Assembly: GCF_000020025.1 (NCBI RefSeq)
Contig: NC_010632.1
Location: 150,001-182,000 of the forward strand
Source: Nostoc punctiforme PCC 73102
Lineage (GTDB): Bacteria; Cyanobacteriota; Cyanobacteriia; Cyanobacteriales; Nostocaceae
Length of the DNA: 32,000 bases
Reading direction: 5' to 3'
In this document: positions 1 through 8,587 of the stretch, in pieces
Layout of the letters: each line of letters starts with the position of its first letter
How positions within the stretch are numbered: the first letter of the stretch is position 1
The notes under the pieces: generated by a model
Told to the model about the DNA's origin: nothing
What the model saw: the letters and a program-made list of their open reading frames with translations, nothing else
Database searches by the model: none
Translations under genes and position numbers: made by a program

Positions 1-678
1 AAGGCGTTCCGATTTTCTGTGAAAGACTCACAGCAAAAGTTGGCTACTTTAGCAAAGCTTCCAGATTTAAGCGTGTTAAAAAAGTTAGCGAAAGCGTCAC
101 GATTAGATTTAGCTCTAGCTCAACAACAAATACAAGTTAATAATAAACAGATTCAAGTGGCTTATTCAGCCCGTATTCCAGATATCACCTTTGCAGCATC
201 TTATGTTTGGGACCCTGGTTTAAGTACATCTGGTGCGCCACCTCCTACAACGACAACAGCTGTCATTTTGGGTGTGCGAGTGGATCTGCCTTTGTTCAAT
301 AGCGGAGGGAGTGGAGTCAGACAAGCTCGTGCTAATCTTTCTGTGTCTGAAGCACAGAACGCAGCTTTAGGATTACAAACGGATTCTGAGGTGGCAACAG
401 CCTACGAAAATGTTTTGAGTACCCAACGAGTATTAGAACGCGATCGCACAGTTTTATTACCGCAAGCTCTAGAAGTCCTTAATTTATCCCGCAAAAGTTA
501 TGAGTATGGTCAAACTGGTTTGAGTGATGCTTTACTCACACAGCAGTCTGTGCAAGCTGTGTTTGATAACTTCTACACTGATATCCTCTCCTACCAAACG
601 GCTTTAGGCACATTAGAGCAAGCCGTCAATCTACCCTTGTCTGTGATTTACAACACCAATGCCCCCAAAACACCTTAA
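1..678 (+). CDS. TolC/OprM-family outer membrane efflux channel, C-terminal part (5' end outside window)
   Basis: Frame 1 is open from nt 1 (KAFRFSVKDS..., no stop before the GTG listed at 19); TAA at 676-678. OEP-like sequence (IPDITFAASY, LLTQQSVQAVFDNFYTDILSYQTAL). Overlaps the start of the adaptor gene, giving OMF-MFP-RND order. Confidence 0.7.
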   Translation, partial: KAFRFSVKDSQQKLATLAKLPDLSVLKKLAKASRLDLALAQQQIQVNNKQIQVAYSARIPDITFAASYVWDPGLSTSGAPPPTTTTAVILGVRVDLPLFNSGGSGVRQARANLSVSEAQNAALGLQTDSEVATAYENVLSTQRVLERDRTVLLPQALEVLNLSRKSYEYGQTGLSDALLTQQSVQAVFDNFYTDILSYQTALGTLEQAVNLPLSVIYNTNAPKTP

Positions 679-2074
679 ACAATCGGGGTGTTTGCCGGGG
701 AAACTTCCCTTGCCAAACATCTTTACTACTATCTTGCTGATGCTGTTGCTAATTGGTTGTCAAGGAAAAGACCCAACAGCCACTGAAACCCCTCCTATAG
801 TATCCTTACCTATTGTTGACGTGCAACGCCAGGATATACCTGTGGTAGTAAACATTCGCGGCACAGTTAGCGCTTCTCCGAATGCAAATGCTAAAGTTAG
901 CCCAGCTGTAGCGGGAAAACTTGTAGCTGTTACCGTAGTAAGTGGTCAACAGGTGACTAAAGGGCAAATAATAGCTCGTCTGGATAATCGTCAGAATCTC
1001 GATCAGGTAAACCAAGTAACAGCAGCGTTACGTTCAGCCCAAGCGGGTGTTGCTCAAGCACGCACTAATTTGGAACTTGCACAGAAAAATTTCGCGCGAT
1101 CGCGCCGTCTCTATAACGAAGCTCTTAATCCGACGCAAAAAGCAACAGATCCCGGTATCCAAGGAGCAAGAGGAGGTGTTGCTCAAGCTCAAAGTAATCT
1201 CATTTTGGCTCAAAATAACTTACAACGACAACAACAACTCTTTAAAGAAGGCATAACACCTAAAAAAGACTTGATTGCTGCCCAAAATCAGATCGAAACC
1301 GCTCAAGGTGCTCTGGTAACTGCCCAAGCAGCTGTACAACAAGTCGCGCCCGATAAAGATGTGATTGCCGCTCAATCTCAAGTGGAAACGGCCAAAGCTC
1401 AACTTGCTGCTGCAATTGCTCAAGAGAAACAGGCTAATGCTTCCCGCGATCAAGCCCAAACTCAACTCAGCTTTACTGATATCCGCAGCCCCATCACTGG
1501 AATTGTAGCTAACCGCTTTTTGAATAATAGTGATACCACTGACCCTAATACACCAGTCATTCAGGTCGTGAACTTATCAAAGGTAATAGTCAATGGCAAC
1601 ATCAACGCTGACAAAAAAGCTAATATTCGTGTTGGTCAAAGCGCCAAAGTCCTTAGTTTAACTGGCAGCAGCTATTCCGGTGTTGTCACTGCTGTTAGTC
1701 CGATTGTCGATCCCCAAAGTAATACCTGGAATATCCAAATCCGCGTTGAGAATTCTGGCGGACAGTTAAAAGAGAACCAAATTGTTACTGCGTCTATTAC
1801 TACAGATATTCATAAAGCCGCAATTACAGTGCCCCAAACGGCGTTGGTTCCAGACCCAGAAAATCCAAATGGACGTATGGTTTATACAGTCAAAGCTGGG
1901 AAGTTGGAAAGAAAAAAAGTGCAAATTGGCATCCAGCAAAGCGATTTACTCAGCGGCGATCGCTCTGCTTCCCGCGTTGAGATTGTGTCAGGATTAATGG
2001 GCGATAAAAAAGTGGTAGCTAAAGGTGCTTATGGTTTGGCAGATGGCACTGCTATACAAGAGGTGAAACAATGA
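659..2074 (+). CDS. RND efflux periplasmic adaptor (HlyD/AcrA-type membrane fusion protein), lipoprotein
   Basis: 471-aa ORF. N-terminal signal with lipobox LLIGC. Long Ala/Gln-rich coiled-coil hairpin (AQAGVAQARTNLELAQ, AQSNLILAQNNLQRQQ) followed by a beta-rich C-terminal domain. Stop overlaps the RND start (ATGA at 2071-2074). Confidence 0.85.
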   Translation: MPPKHLKQSGCLPGKLPLPNIFTTILLMLLLIGCQGKDPTATETPPIVSLPIVDVQRQDIPVVVNIRGTVSASPNANAKVSPAVAGKLVAVTVVSGQQVTKGQIIARLDNRQNLDQVNQVTAALRSAQAGVAQARTNLELAQKNFARSRRLYNEALNPTQKATDPGIQGARGGVAQAQSNLILAQNNLQRQQQLFKEGITPKKDLIAAQNQIETAQGALVTAQAAVQQVAPDKDVIAAQSQVETAKAQLAAAIAQEKQANASRDQAQTQLSFTDIRSPITGIVANRFLNNSDTTDPNTPVIQVVNLSKVIVNGNINADKKANIRVGQSAKVLSLTGSSYSGVVTAVSPIVDPQSNTWNIQIRVENSGGQLKENQIVTASITTDIHKAAITVPQTALVPDPENPNGRMVYTVKAGKLERKKVQIGIQQSDLLSGDRSASRVEIVSGLMGDKKVVAKGAYGLADGTAIQEVKQ

Positions 2075-5000
2075 TTCGCTTCACCAAACTACTACAATCC
2101 CAAGCAAAAGCGATTTATCTAATCTTTGTGCTCATTGCGATTTTAGGTATATTAGCTTATGGTAATGTGCCTAGTGGAGTTTATCCAGAATTATCCTTTC
2201 CTCGCATTGCCGTGATTGCTGAAGCTGGGAATGTTGCTCCAGAACAGGTAGTCCTTACCGTCACTCTCCCTTTAGAAGCAGCTACCAACCAAGTTTATGG
2301 TGTCCAGAAGGTACGCTCAAAGACTACCCGTGGCTCTACAGAACTCTCAATAGAGTTTCAGCCCACAACCGATATGCAGCAAGCTCTCCAACAATTGCAA
2401 GCTAAAATTAATGAAGTACGGAGTACCCTGCCATCTGGCGTTAACCTCACGGTTGAGCGAGTTACCCCCGCCATTTTTCCGGTACTCAGCTACAACGTCA
2501 CTACCGACACTTTAGCGCAAACAGACCTGTATTCAATTGCTAAATATCAAATTTTGCCTCGTTTAACCAAGGTTGCTGGTGTTGCCCTTGTCAATCTTCA
2601 AGGGGGAAATATTCCGGAAGTTGAGGTGCAGGTTGACCCGAATCGCCTGCAAAATTATGGTTTGAGCTTATCACAAGTTGCCGATACGATTGGGCGTTCA
2701 ACTCAGAATCAAGCAGTAGGTAAACTAGATAGCAACTACCAACAAAATTTAGTAGTTACTAATGGTCAGCCAATAGACTCGTCTGCACTCACAGGGATTG
2801 TGGTAACAACGAAAGGTGCTGGTAAACCCGTGTTTTTAGAGGATTTGGGACAAGTTTCTCTCGGTGAGGCTGACCGCACCCAAATTGTTAGTGCCAAGGG
2901 TCAACCAGGATTAACACTAAATATTTTCCGCCAACCGAATAGTAATGTTGTAGCTGTAGCTGAGGCAGTACAGCAGGAAATTAAGTTGCTGGAAGAAAGC
3001 TTGCCGCCAGGAGTGCAAATCGCTAAAGCTTATGATGAATCCGGATTGGTTGTAGACGCGATCGCTAATGTCCGCGATTCAATTGCTATTGGTATTGTCC
3101 TAATTATCATTGTACTATACGTATTCTTACGAGAATGGCGCAGTACAGTAATTGCTGCCATCACTATTCCTCTGTCAGCACTTGCTGCTTTTGGAGTCCT
3201 ATCCTTCGTTGGTCAAAGTCTGAATCTCATGTCTTTGGGAGGACTAGCAGTAGCGATTGGTTTGGTAATTGATGATGCCATTGTGGTAATTGAAAACATC
3301 GATCGCCAACTGCAAAAAGACTTGGATTCAACTACAGCCGTAGCCGCAGCAATGGCTGAATTAACTGAACCTGTGATTAGTTCCACGATCACTACGGTCG
3401 CAGTGTTTCTGCCTTTGGGATTGTTATCAGGGGTTGCCGGACAGTTTTTTACTAGCCTGACCACTACCTTAACTGCTGCGGTTGGTTTCTCTCTGGTGTT
3501 AGCGCTGACTCTCACTCCTCTATTGGCAGCAAGTTGGCTGCGGCAGAAGTCAAATCACTCAGAACCCAAATTGTTAGTCAAGCTGGACAATGCTTATACG
3601 GGGCTATTGCGTGTTGTGTTTGGGAAAGCCCGTTGGATTGGTGCGATCGCACTGTCTCTACTAGCAGTCGGGGCAGTATTATTTACTCAGGTAGGTTCGG
3701 ATTTTTTACCAACCTTTGATGAAGGCAGCTACATCATTGATTACCTCACACCGCCGGGAACATCCTTAACTGAAACAGACTTTCTCGCACGCCAATTGGA
3801 AGAAATTATTGGCAAAACCCCTGAAGTAATAAATTGGACGCGACGTACAGGTGCAGAAAATGGTTTATTTGCGACTCAGCCGAATAAAGGTGATATCATT
3901 GTCGTCCTCAAGCCACCGGGGCAACGTCAACGCCAAGTCTTTGATATAATCGAAACTCAACGGCAAGATATTTCTAAAAAGTTACCCCAGGTAGATATTG
4001 ACTTTCACCAAATCCTACAAGATGAACTTAACGACCTTTCTGGTGCAGCTAGTCCTGTAGAAGTGCGAATCTTTGGCGAAGAACCAGCTATTCTGCGTAA
4101 ATTAGCAGAGCAAGTTCAAACCATCATTGATAATATTCCTGGTTTGGTAGACTTGGTATCTAGTGGAGGAGTGATCTTACCGCAATTAGATATGCGCGTT
4201 GATTCCACACAAGCCGGACAGTTAGGATTGACAGAATCAGACGTTGCACAGCAAGTACAGGATGGCTTGTTTGGACGGGTAGCAACTCAGATTCGTCAGG
4301 GTGACAAGTTAGTAGATGTGCGAGTTCACCTTTTAGACAGTGTACGTCGAGATCCACAACAAATAGACCAAATTCCAATTGTCGGTACAAATGGCACTAC
4401 ATTACCGCTTTCTGCCTTAGCTACAATCAAACCAACAACAGGCGAGGAAGCGATTTTGCGTGAGAACCAGCAGCGTTACGTTTCCTTTACAGGTGGTGTG
4501 GAAAAACGCGATCTCGGTTCGGTTGTCCAAGATATCAAGAAAAAATTAGCCGGATTCAAGCTACCTCAAGGCTACATCCTTTCAGTCGGTGGATTAATTG
4601 CCTCTCAGCAGCAGTCTTTCTCACAATTACTGATGGTCATGGGTTTGGGAGTATTGTTAGTCTATCTGGTGCTGGTTATACAGTTCCGTGACTTATTACA
4701 ACCACTAGTAATTTTTACGACAATTCCCTTAGCGCTTTTAGGAGTAGTGCTGAGTTTGTGGATTACCCAAACACCCCTAAATGTTTCATCGTTTATGGGG
4801 ATTATTTTGCTCGTGGGTTTGGTGGTAAAAAACGGGATTATTTTGTTGGAATATACTAACCGATTACATTCAGAAGGTCACTCTATAGAATCTGCTTTAC
4901 TTGAAGCCGGTCGTGTAAGGCTGCGACCAATCTTGATGACCACACTCTGTACTATTCTGGGTTTACTGCCTTTAGCTTTGGGTTTAGGTGCAGGAGCAGA

Positions 5001-5112
5001 GTTGCAAAAGCCACTAGCGATCGCCGTTATCGGTGGGCTTTCACTTTCTACTATTTTTACTCTAATATTTGTCCCAGCTGTGTTTCGGATCGTTTCTCGA
5101 TTTCAGCGTTAA
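2071..5112 (+). CDS. RND efflux transporter permease (AcrB/CzcA superfamily)
   Basis: 1013-aa ORF with two large soluble loops and clustered TM segments. Conserved RND blocks GGLAVAIGLVIDDAIVVIENI and RLRPILMTTLCTILGLLPLA. Translationally coupled to the adaptor gene. Confidence 0.92.
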   Translation: MIRFTKLLQSQAKAIYLIFVLIAILGILAYGNVPSGVYPELSFPRIAVIAEAGNVAPEQVVLTVTLPLEAATNQVYGVQKVRSKTTRGSTELSIEFQPTTDMQQALQQLQAKINEVRSTLPSGVNLTVERVTPAIFPVLSYNVTTDTLAQTDLYSIAKYQILPRLTKVAGVALVNLQGGNIPEVEVQVDPNRLQNYGLSLSQVADTIGRSTQNQAVGKLDSNYQQNLVVTNGQPIDSSALTGIVVTTKGAGKPVFLEDLGQVSLGEADRTQIVSAKGQPGLTLNIFRQPNSNVVAVAEAVQQEIKLLEESLPPGVQIAKAYDESGLVVDAIANVRDSIAIGIVLIIIVLYVFLREWRSTVIAAITIPLSALAAFGVLSFVGQSLNLMSLGGLAVAIGLVIDDAIVVIENIDRQLQKDLDSTTAVAAAMAELTEPVISSTITTVAVFLPLGLLSGVAGQFFTSLTTTLTAAVGFSLVLALTLTPLLAASWLRQKSNHSEPKLLVKLDNAYTGLLRVVFGKARWIGAIALSLLAVGAVLFTQVGSDFLPTFDEGSYIIDYLTPPGTSLTETDFLARQLEEIIGKTPEVINWTRRTGAENGLFATQPNKGDIIVVLKPPGQRQRQVFDIIETQRQDISKKLPQVDIDFHQILQDELNDLSGAASPVEVRIFGEEPAILRKLAEQVQTIIDNIPGLVDLVSSGGVILPQLDMRVDSTQAGQLGLTESDVAQQVQDGLFGRVATQIRQGDKLVDVRVHLLDSVRRDPQQIDQIPIVGTNGTTLPLSALATIKPTTGEEAILRENQQRYVSFTGGVEKRDLGSVVQDIKKKLAGFKLPQGYILSVGGLIASQQQSFSQLLMVMGLGVLLVYLVLVIQFRDLLQPLVIFTTIPLALLGVVLSLWITQTPLNVSSFMGIILLVGLVVKNGIILLEYTNRLHSEGHSIESALLEAGRVRLRPILMTTLCTILGLLPLALGLGAGAELQKPLAIAVIGGLSLSTIFTLIFVPAVFRIVSRFQR

Positions 5113-5118
5113 AATGCT

Positions 5119-5919
5119 ATGCAAATTATCATGTATCTGACAAAAGTTTTTTATAAAGTGGGTGATATTCCTATATTTAATCCTCTTTATATCCATGCTT
5201 ACATTATTCATCAATGGCTATTAAACTTTAGAAGCCAGCCTTTGTCAGTTAATCAAAAATCAGCAATAATATTCCCCCCCCATCAAGATGATGAGACTTT
5301 AGGTTGTGGTGGTTTAATTGCTCTTAAACGTGAAATGGGAATCCCGATTAAAGTTATTTTTTTGACCGATGGGCAAAAATCGCATACAGCAATCCCCTGG
5401 GTTCAACCACTAGAAAATCTTATTCAAGTTCGTAAACAAGAAGCAACAACAGCTTTACATATTTTAGGGGTAGAAGTATCAGATATTCACTTTTTTGACT
5501 TAATAGATGGCACTCTAAACCATCTAAGTAATGAGCAATATCAAAATACTATTAAGCATCTTGTTGAGCTTATACAAACTTTTAACCCAGGGGAAATTTA
5601 TGTTCCCCATCGAAAAGATAATCATCCAGACCACGAATGTACTTATAAATTCGTTAAAGCCGCAGTTGAACAATCACAAATAGAATTGGAAATACTGTAA
5701 TATCCCATTTGGATATTTTGGTTATCGCCATTATTTATCAAATTAAGATTTTCTGATTTAACTGGTGCTTATCGATTATGTATTAACTCTGTTTTAGAAC
5801 AAAAAAAGCGAGCAATTACAGTTTATAAATCTCAAACTACAATTCTTCCACCTCGGTTTCTCAAAAGTTTTTTGCTGAATCATCACGAAATTTTCTTTAA
5901 AGCTCAACCGAAAATATAA
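5119..5919 (+). pseudogene. PIG-L/LmbE-family deacetylase interrupted by an in-frame TAA at 5698-5700
   Basis: PHQDDETLGCGG (the family AHPDDE-type metal motif) and HPDHE are in the 193-aa ORF. The same frame continues after the TAA for 72 more codons (YPIWIFW...KKRAITVYKSQ...EIFF) to TAA 5917-5919, matching the usual C-terminal part of the family. Confidence 0.65.
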
Positions 5920-6043
5920 GTTAGTAAGTTAAATTTAAATTTAACGCTATTTTGAACTTAATGAAGGTGTATCAAGTCTTTTTATGTCCTTAATTATGCC
6001 TGCCTAACGCTCTTTTATTACTCTCATTATAAAATATTCAAAA

Positions 6044-6082
6044 CCTTGTTTTTCCGTTCTTGGTTCCAAACAAGGATTTTTT
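6044..6082 (+). terminator. Candidate intrinsic terminator after the efflux/PIG-L unit
   Basis: CCTTGTTT (6044-6051) pairs with AAACAAGG (6068-6075), followed by ATTTTTT. Confidence 0.35.
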
Positions 6083-6267
6083 GGCTTTGCTGAACAACTT
6101 GAGTTTGGACTAATTGGCATTTAGCAGCAAAGAATAGAAGGCAAGAGATGACAAAGATTCAAGATCAGTATCTTATTTTTCTCTCTTCAGAGACATGAAA
6201 GAGCGCTAAACAATGATTAAAATTGATTACCGTTGAAATATTAACGATAGGTGGTGTTGATTTAGAA

Positions 6268-6695
6268 CTATTTAAACTCAAACTGTTCTGTGATATCTTT
6301 TGCTTTAGGTATAATTTTACCGTCTTTAGTTAACTTAAATTGCAACCCCCGCCACTCAATTGTAGTGCCAAAAAAACAATAGCACCAGATTGTAAAACTC
6401 ATCAGGTCTCGTAAAATTACAAGCCAAAAATATTTTTTGGCGCTCGAATCTTGAAGATATTTGACACCAACAATCCAGCCCATTATTAAACGTACTATCC
6501 AGGTAACAGCTAGCAAAAACCAACAAAAAATAGACCCTTTTATAGTCATCATTAGTATTAAGCTAGTGATGTTACCGTAAGTAAAAATTAGTCCCAAATA
6601 ACCCCAAGGACGAGAAACTCGAATACCACGCAACCAGCGAACCTGATGCTGAACAGAATCAATCAAAGTGTTAGCAAATAATACGTGTTCTACTA
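6268..6695 (-). pseudogene. Family-21-like (ceramide glucosyltransferase/HpnI-like) glycosyltransferase, C-terminal fragment
   Basis: The frame is open upstream of the listed TTG: IVEHVLFANTLIDSVQHQVRWLRGIRVSRPWGY..., then TM helices. It joins in frame with the 7817-8548 fragment once the IS630 element is removed. Confidence 0.75.
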
Positions 6696-7816
6696 TAGCA
6701 ATCCTATCTGGGTTGTGAGAAAATACGTAAGAGGATTAAAGGTATAATTATTAGCCATTGTAGGGGAATATCAATGTGGATGCGATCGCTATCAGAGTTT
6801 ATCGAAAATAGCCAAGATAAGCGAGAAATTCAACGGGCACTCGCAGTCAAGATGCTGCTAGAAGGATACACTCATGTTGCTATCCAATCGATATTAGATG
6901 TTTCATCAGGATTTATAAGTAAGTGGAAAAAGGCATTTTTCACTTTTGGAGTAGAAGGCTTAAAGCTTAGATACAAGGGAAGTCAGGGATTTTTGAATCC
7001 ACAACAGCGCTATTGTGTAATTGAATGGCTCAAAACCAAAGAGAAGTGGAATTTGAGCGAACTAGAATACGAGATAGCATCTTCGTATGGGGTAGTGTTT
7101 GAGTCAAAACAGAGCTACTACGACTTATTTGATGCAGCTGGGATTAGTTGGAAGAAAACTCAAGCTCATAACCCCAAGTATGACGAAGAATTAGTAGCAT
7201 CAAAAAAAAAAGAAATCTGTGAGTTACTGGAAACGAGACGTTCTGAAATCGAGTCAGGAAAGTTAGTGGTATTCATGGTTGATGAATGTCATCTGTTGTG
7301 GGGTGATATCTGTGGATATGTTTGGGGAAAAACTAGCGAACGCATATCAGTTCCAGTTGTAAACGCTCGTGACAAGCAAACATATTTTGGTGCTATAGAC
7401 TACAAAACCCACGAATTTATAACTTACGCAGCTAAAAAAGGAGACTCCCAAAACATGATAAATTTCTTGGAATATCTTCAATCACAGCGTCCAGGAGCTA
7501 ATCTTTTAATAATTTGGGATGGAGCTTCTTATCATCGTTCCAATGCAATTCAAGACTATTTAGACTCTTTGAATCGTCAGCTTGAACAGGAACAATGGTT
7601 GATAACTTGTAAACGCTTTGCCCCAAATGCTCCACAACAAAATCCCGTAGAAGATATTTGGTTACAAGCGAAAAAATTGATTAGAGAGTTTTATTTTTTC
7701 TGTCATTCTTTTTCTGTAGTTAAAGCATTATTTGAGCTAGCCGTCAATGGTCAAATTTTTGACTTTCCTAAGCTGAATGAGTACGGTAATTTCTCACAAA
7801 TGATTTAGGATTGCTA
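6696..7816 (+). mobile_element. IS630-family insertion sequence (1121 bp) with TA target duplication
   Basis: Terminal inverted repeats TAGCAATCCTA...TGTGAGAAA (6696-) and the reverse complement at -7816. TA at 6694-6695 and 7817-7818. A single 344-aa transposase ORF lies inside. Confidence 0.88.
6774..7808 (+). CDS. IS630/Tc1-mariner-type DDE transposase
   Basis: N-terminal HTH region. DDE-type blocks VFMVDECHL, LIIWDGASYHRS, NPVEDIWLQAKK. Confidence 0.9.
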   Translation: MWMRSLSEFIENSQDKREIQRALAVKMLLEGYTHVAIQSILDVSSGFISKWKKAFFTFGVEGLKLRYKGSQGFLNPQQRYCVIEWLKTKEKWNLSELEYEIASSYGVVFESKQSYYDLFDAAGISWKKTQAHNPKYDEELVASKKKEICELLETRRSEIESGKLVVFMVDECHLLWGDICGYVWGKTSERISVPVVNARDKQTYFGAIDYKTHEFITYAAKKGDSQNMINFLEYLQSQRPGANLLIIWDGASYHRSNAIQDYLDSLNRQLEQEQWLITCKRFAPNAPQQNPVEDIWLQAKKLIREFYFFCHSFSVVKALFELAVNGQIFDFPKLNEYGNFSQMI

Positions 7817-8548
7817 TATATAGTCAGAAAGCATGACCTTGTAACCGACTTTGGCAGTTAGATAGCCAAGTTGAAAATCGTCTGCGAGATAATCGGCGAT
7901 CGCTTCAAATCCCCCGATTGCTTTTAGCACTTCTTGACGAATTACAATCGTTGAACCAAGTGCGAACTTCATACCCTCTAACTGTTTGCTGGTAATAGCA
8001 CCTGCGTGAAAATCACAAGCAGTCCCAACTGCTTCTAACTTTTCTACCCATCCCCGTGCTACGGAACGATATAAACAGGTGACAACACCAACATTCTTAT
8101 TATGTAACGGTTGAACAACTCGCTGCAAGTAGTCTTCCCCAACTCGGATATCGCTATCAGCAATAACTAGGATTTCGTATTTGGCGAAAGATAAAGCATT
8201 TGCCAGATTACTCACCTTTAGGTTTGTACCAATAATGCGATCGCAGATTATTAAATGAATATCCAGTTTCGGAAAGTCTCGGATAATTTGTTTGACCACA
8301 TCTATTCCAGGGTCTTGCGGGCTGCGGACGCTGAAGATAATCTGATAAGTTGAATATTCCTGTCGGCAAAATGTTGCCAAATTGTCGTAGATATCTCTGT
8401 CTAGTCCGCAAATTGGCTTCAGGATAGTAATGGGTGGATAAAAATTTGGAGCGTATATATGCGGAAAGAATTGGCTTTTTGAGAAGAAAAGACATTATTT
8501 TTGGATTATTCCAGAAAGTTTAAAAATCACAATTAGAAACCAGGACAG
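7817..8548 (-). pseudogene. Family-21-like glycosyltransferase, N-terminal fragment; also carries an in-frame TAA (8495-8497) and has no usable start
   Basis: The frame of ORF 7814-8380 reads upstream as ...LSWFLIVIFKLSGIIQK*CLFFSKSQFFPHIYAPNFYPPITILKPICGLDRDIYDNLATFCRQEY...VIADSDIRV. PPITILKP.CGLD and DSD are family hallmarks. The frame is closed by TGA at 8549-8551 with no ATG. Confidence 0.7.
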
Positions 8549-8587
8549 TCAGCGATTATTTGCTATTTATCGCTAACTGCTAATAAC

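Noticed and set aside
806-4390. Short ORFs in the track overlapping the adaptor and RND genes (806-1015, 1047-1256, 1220-1465, 1782-1997, 3213-3515, 3534-3719, 4160-4390)
   Set aside because: All lie inside, and mostly antisense to, long ORFs with clear family signatures. Their translations are low-complexity shadows.
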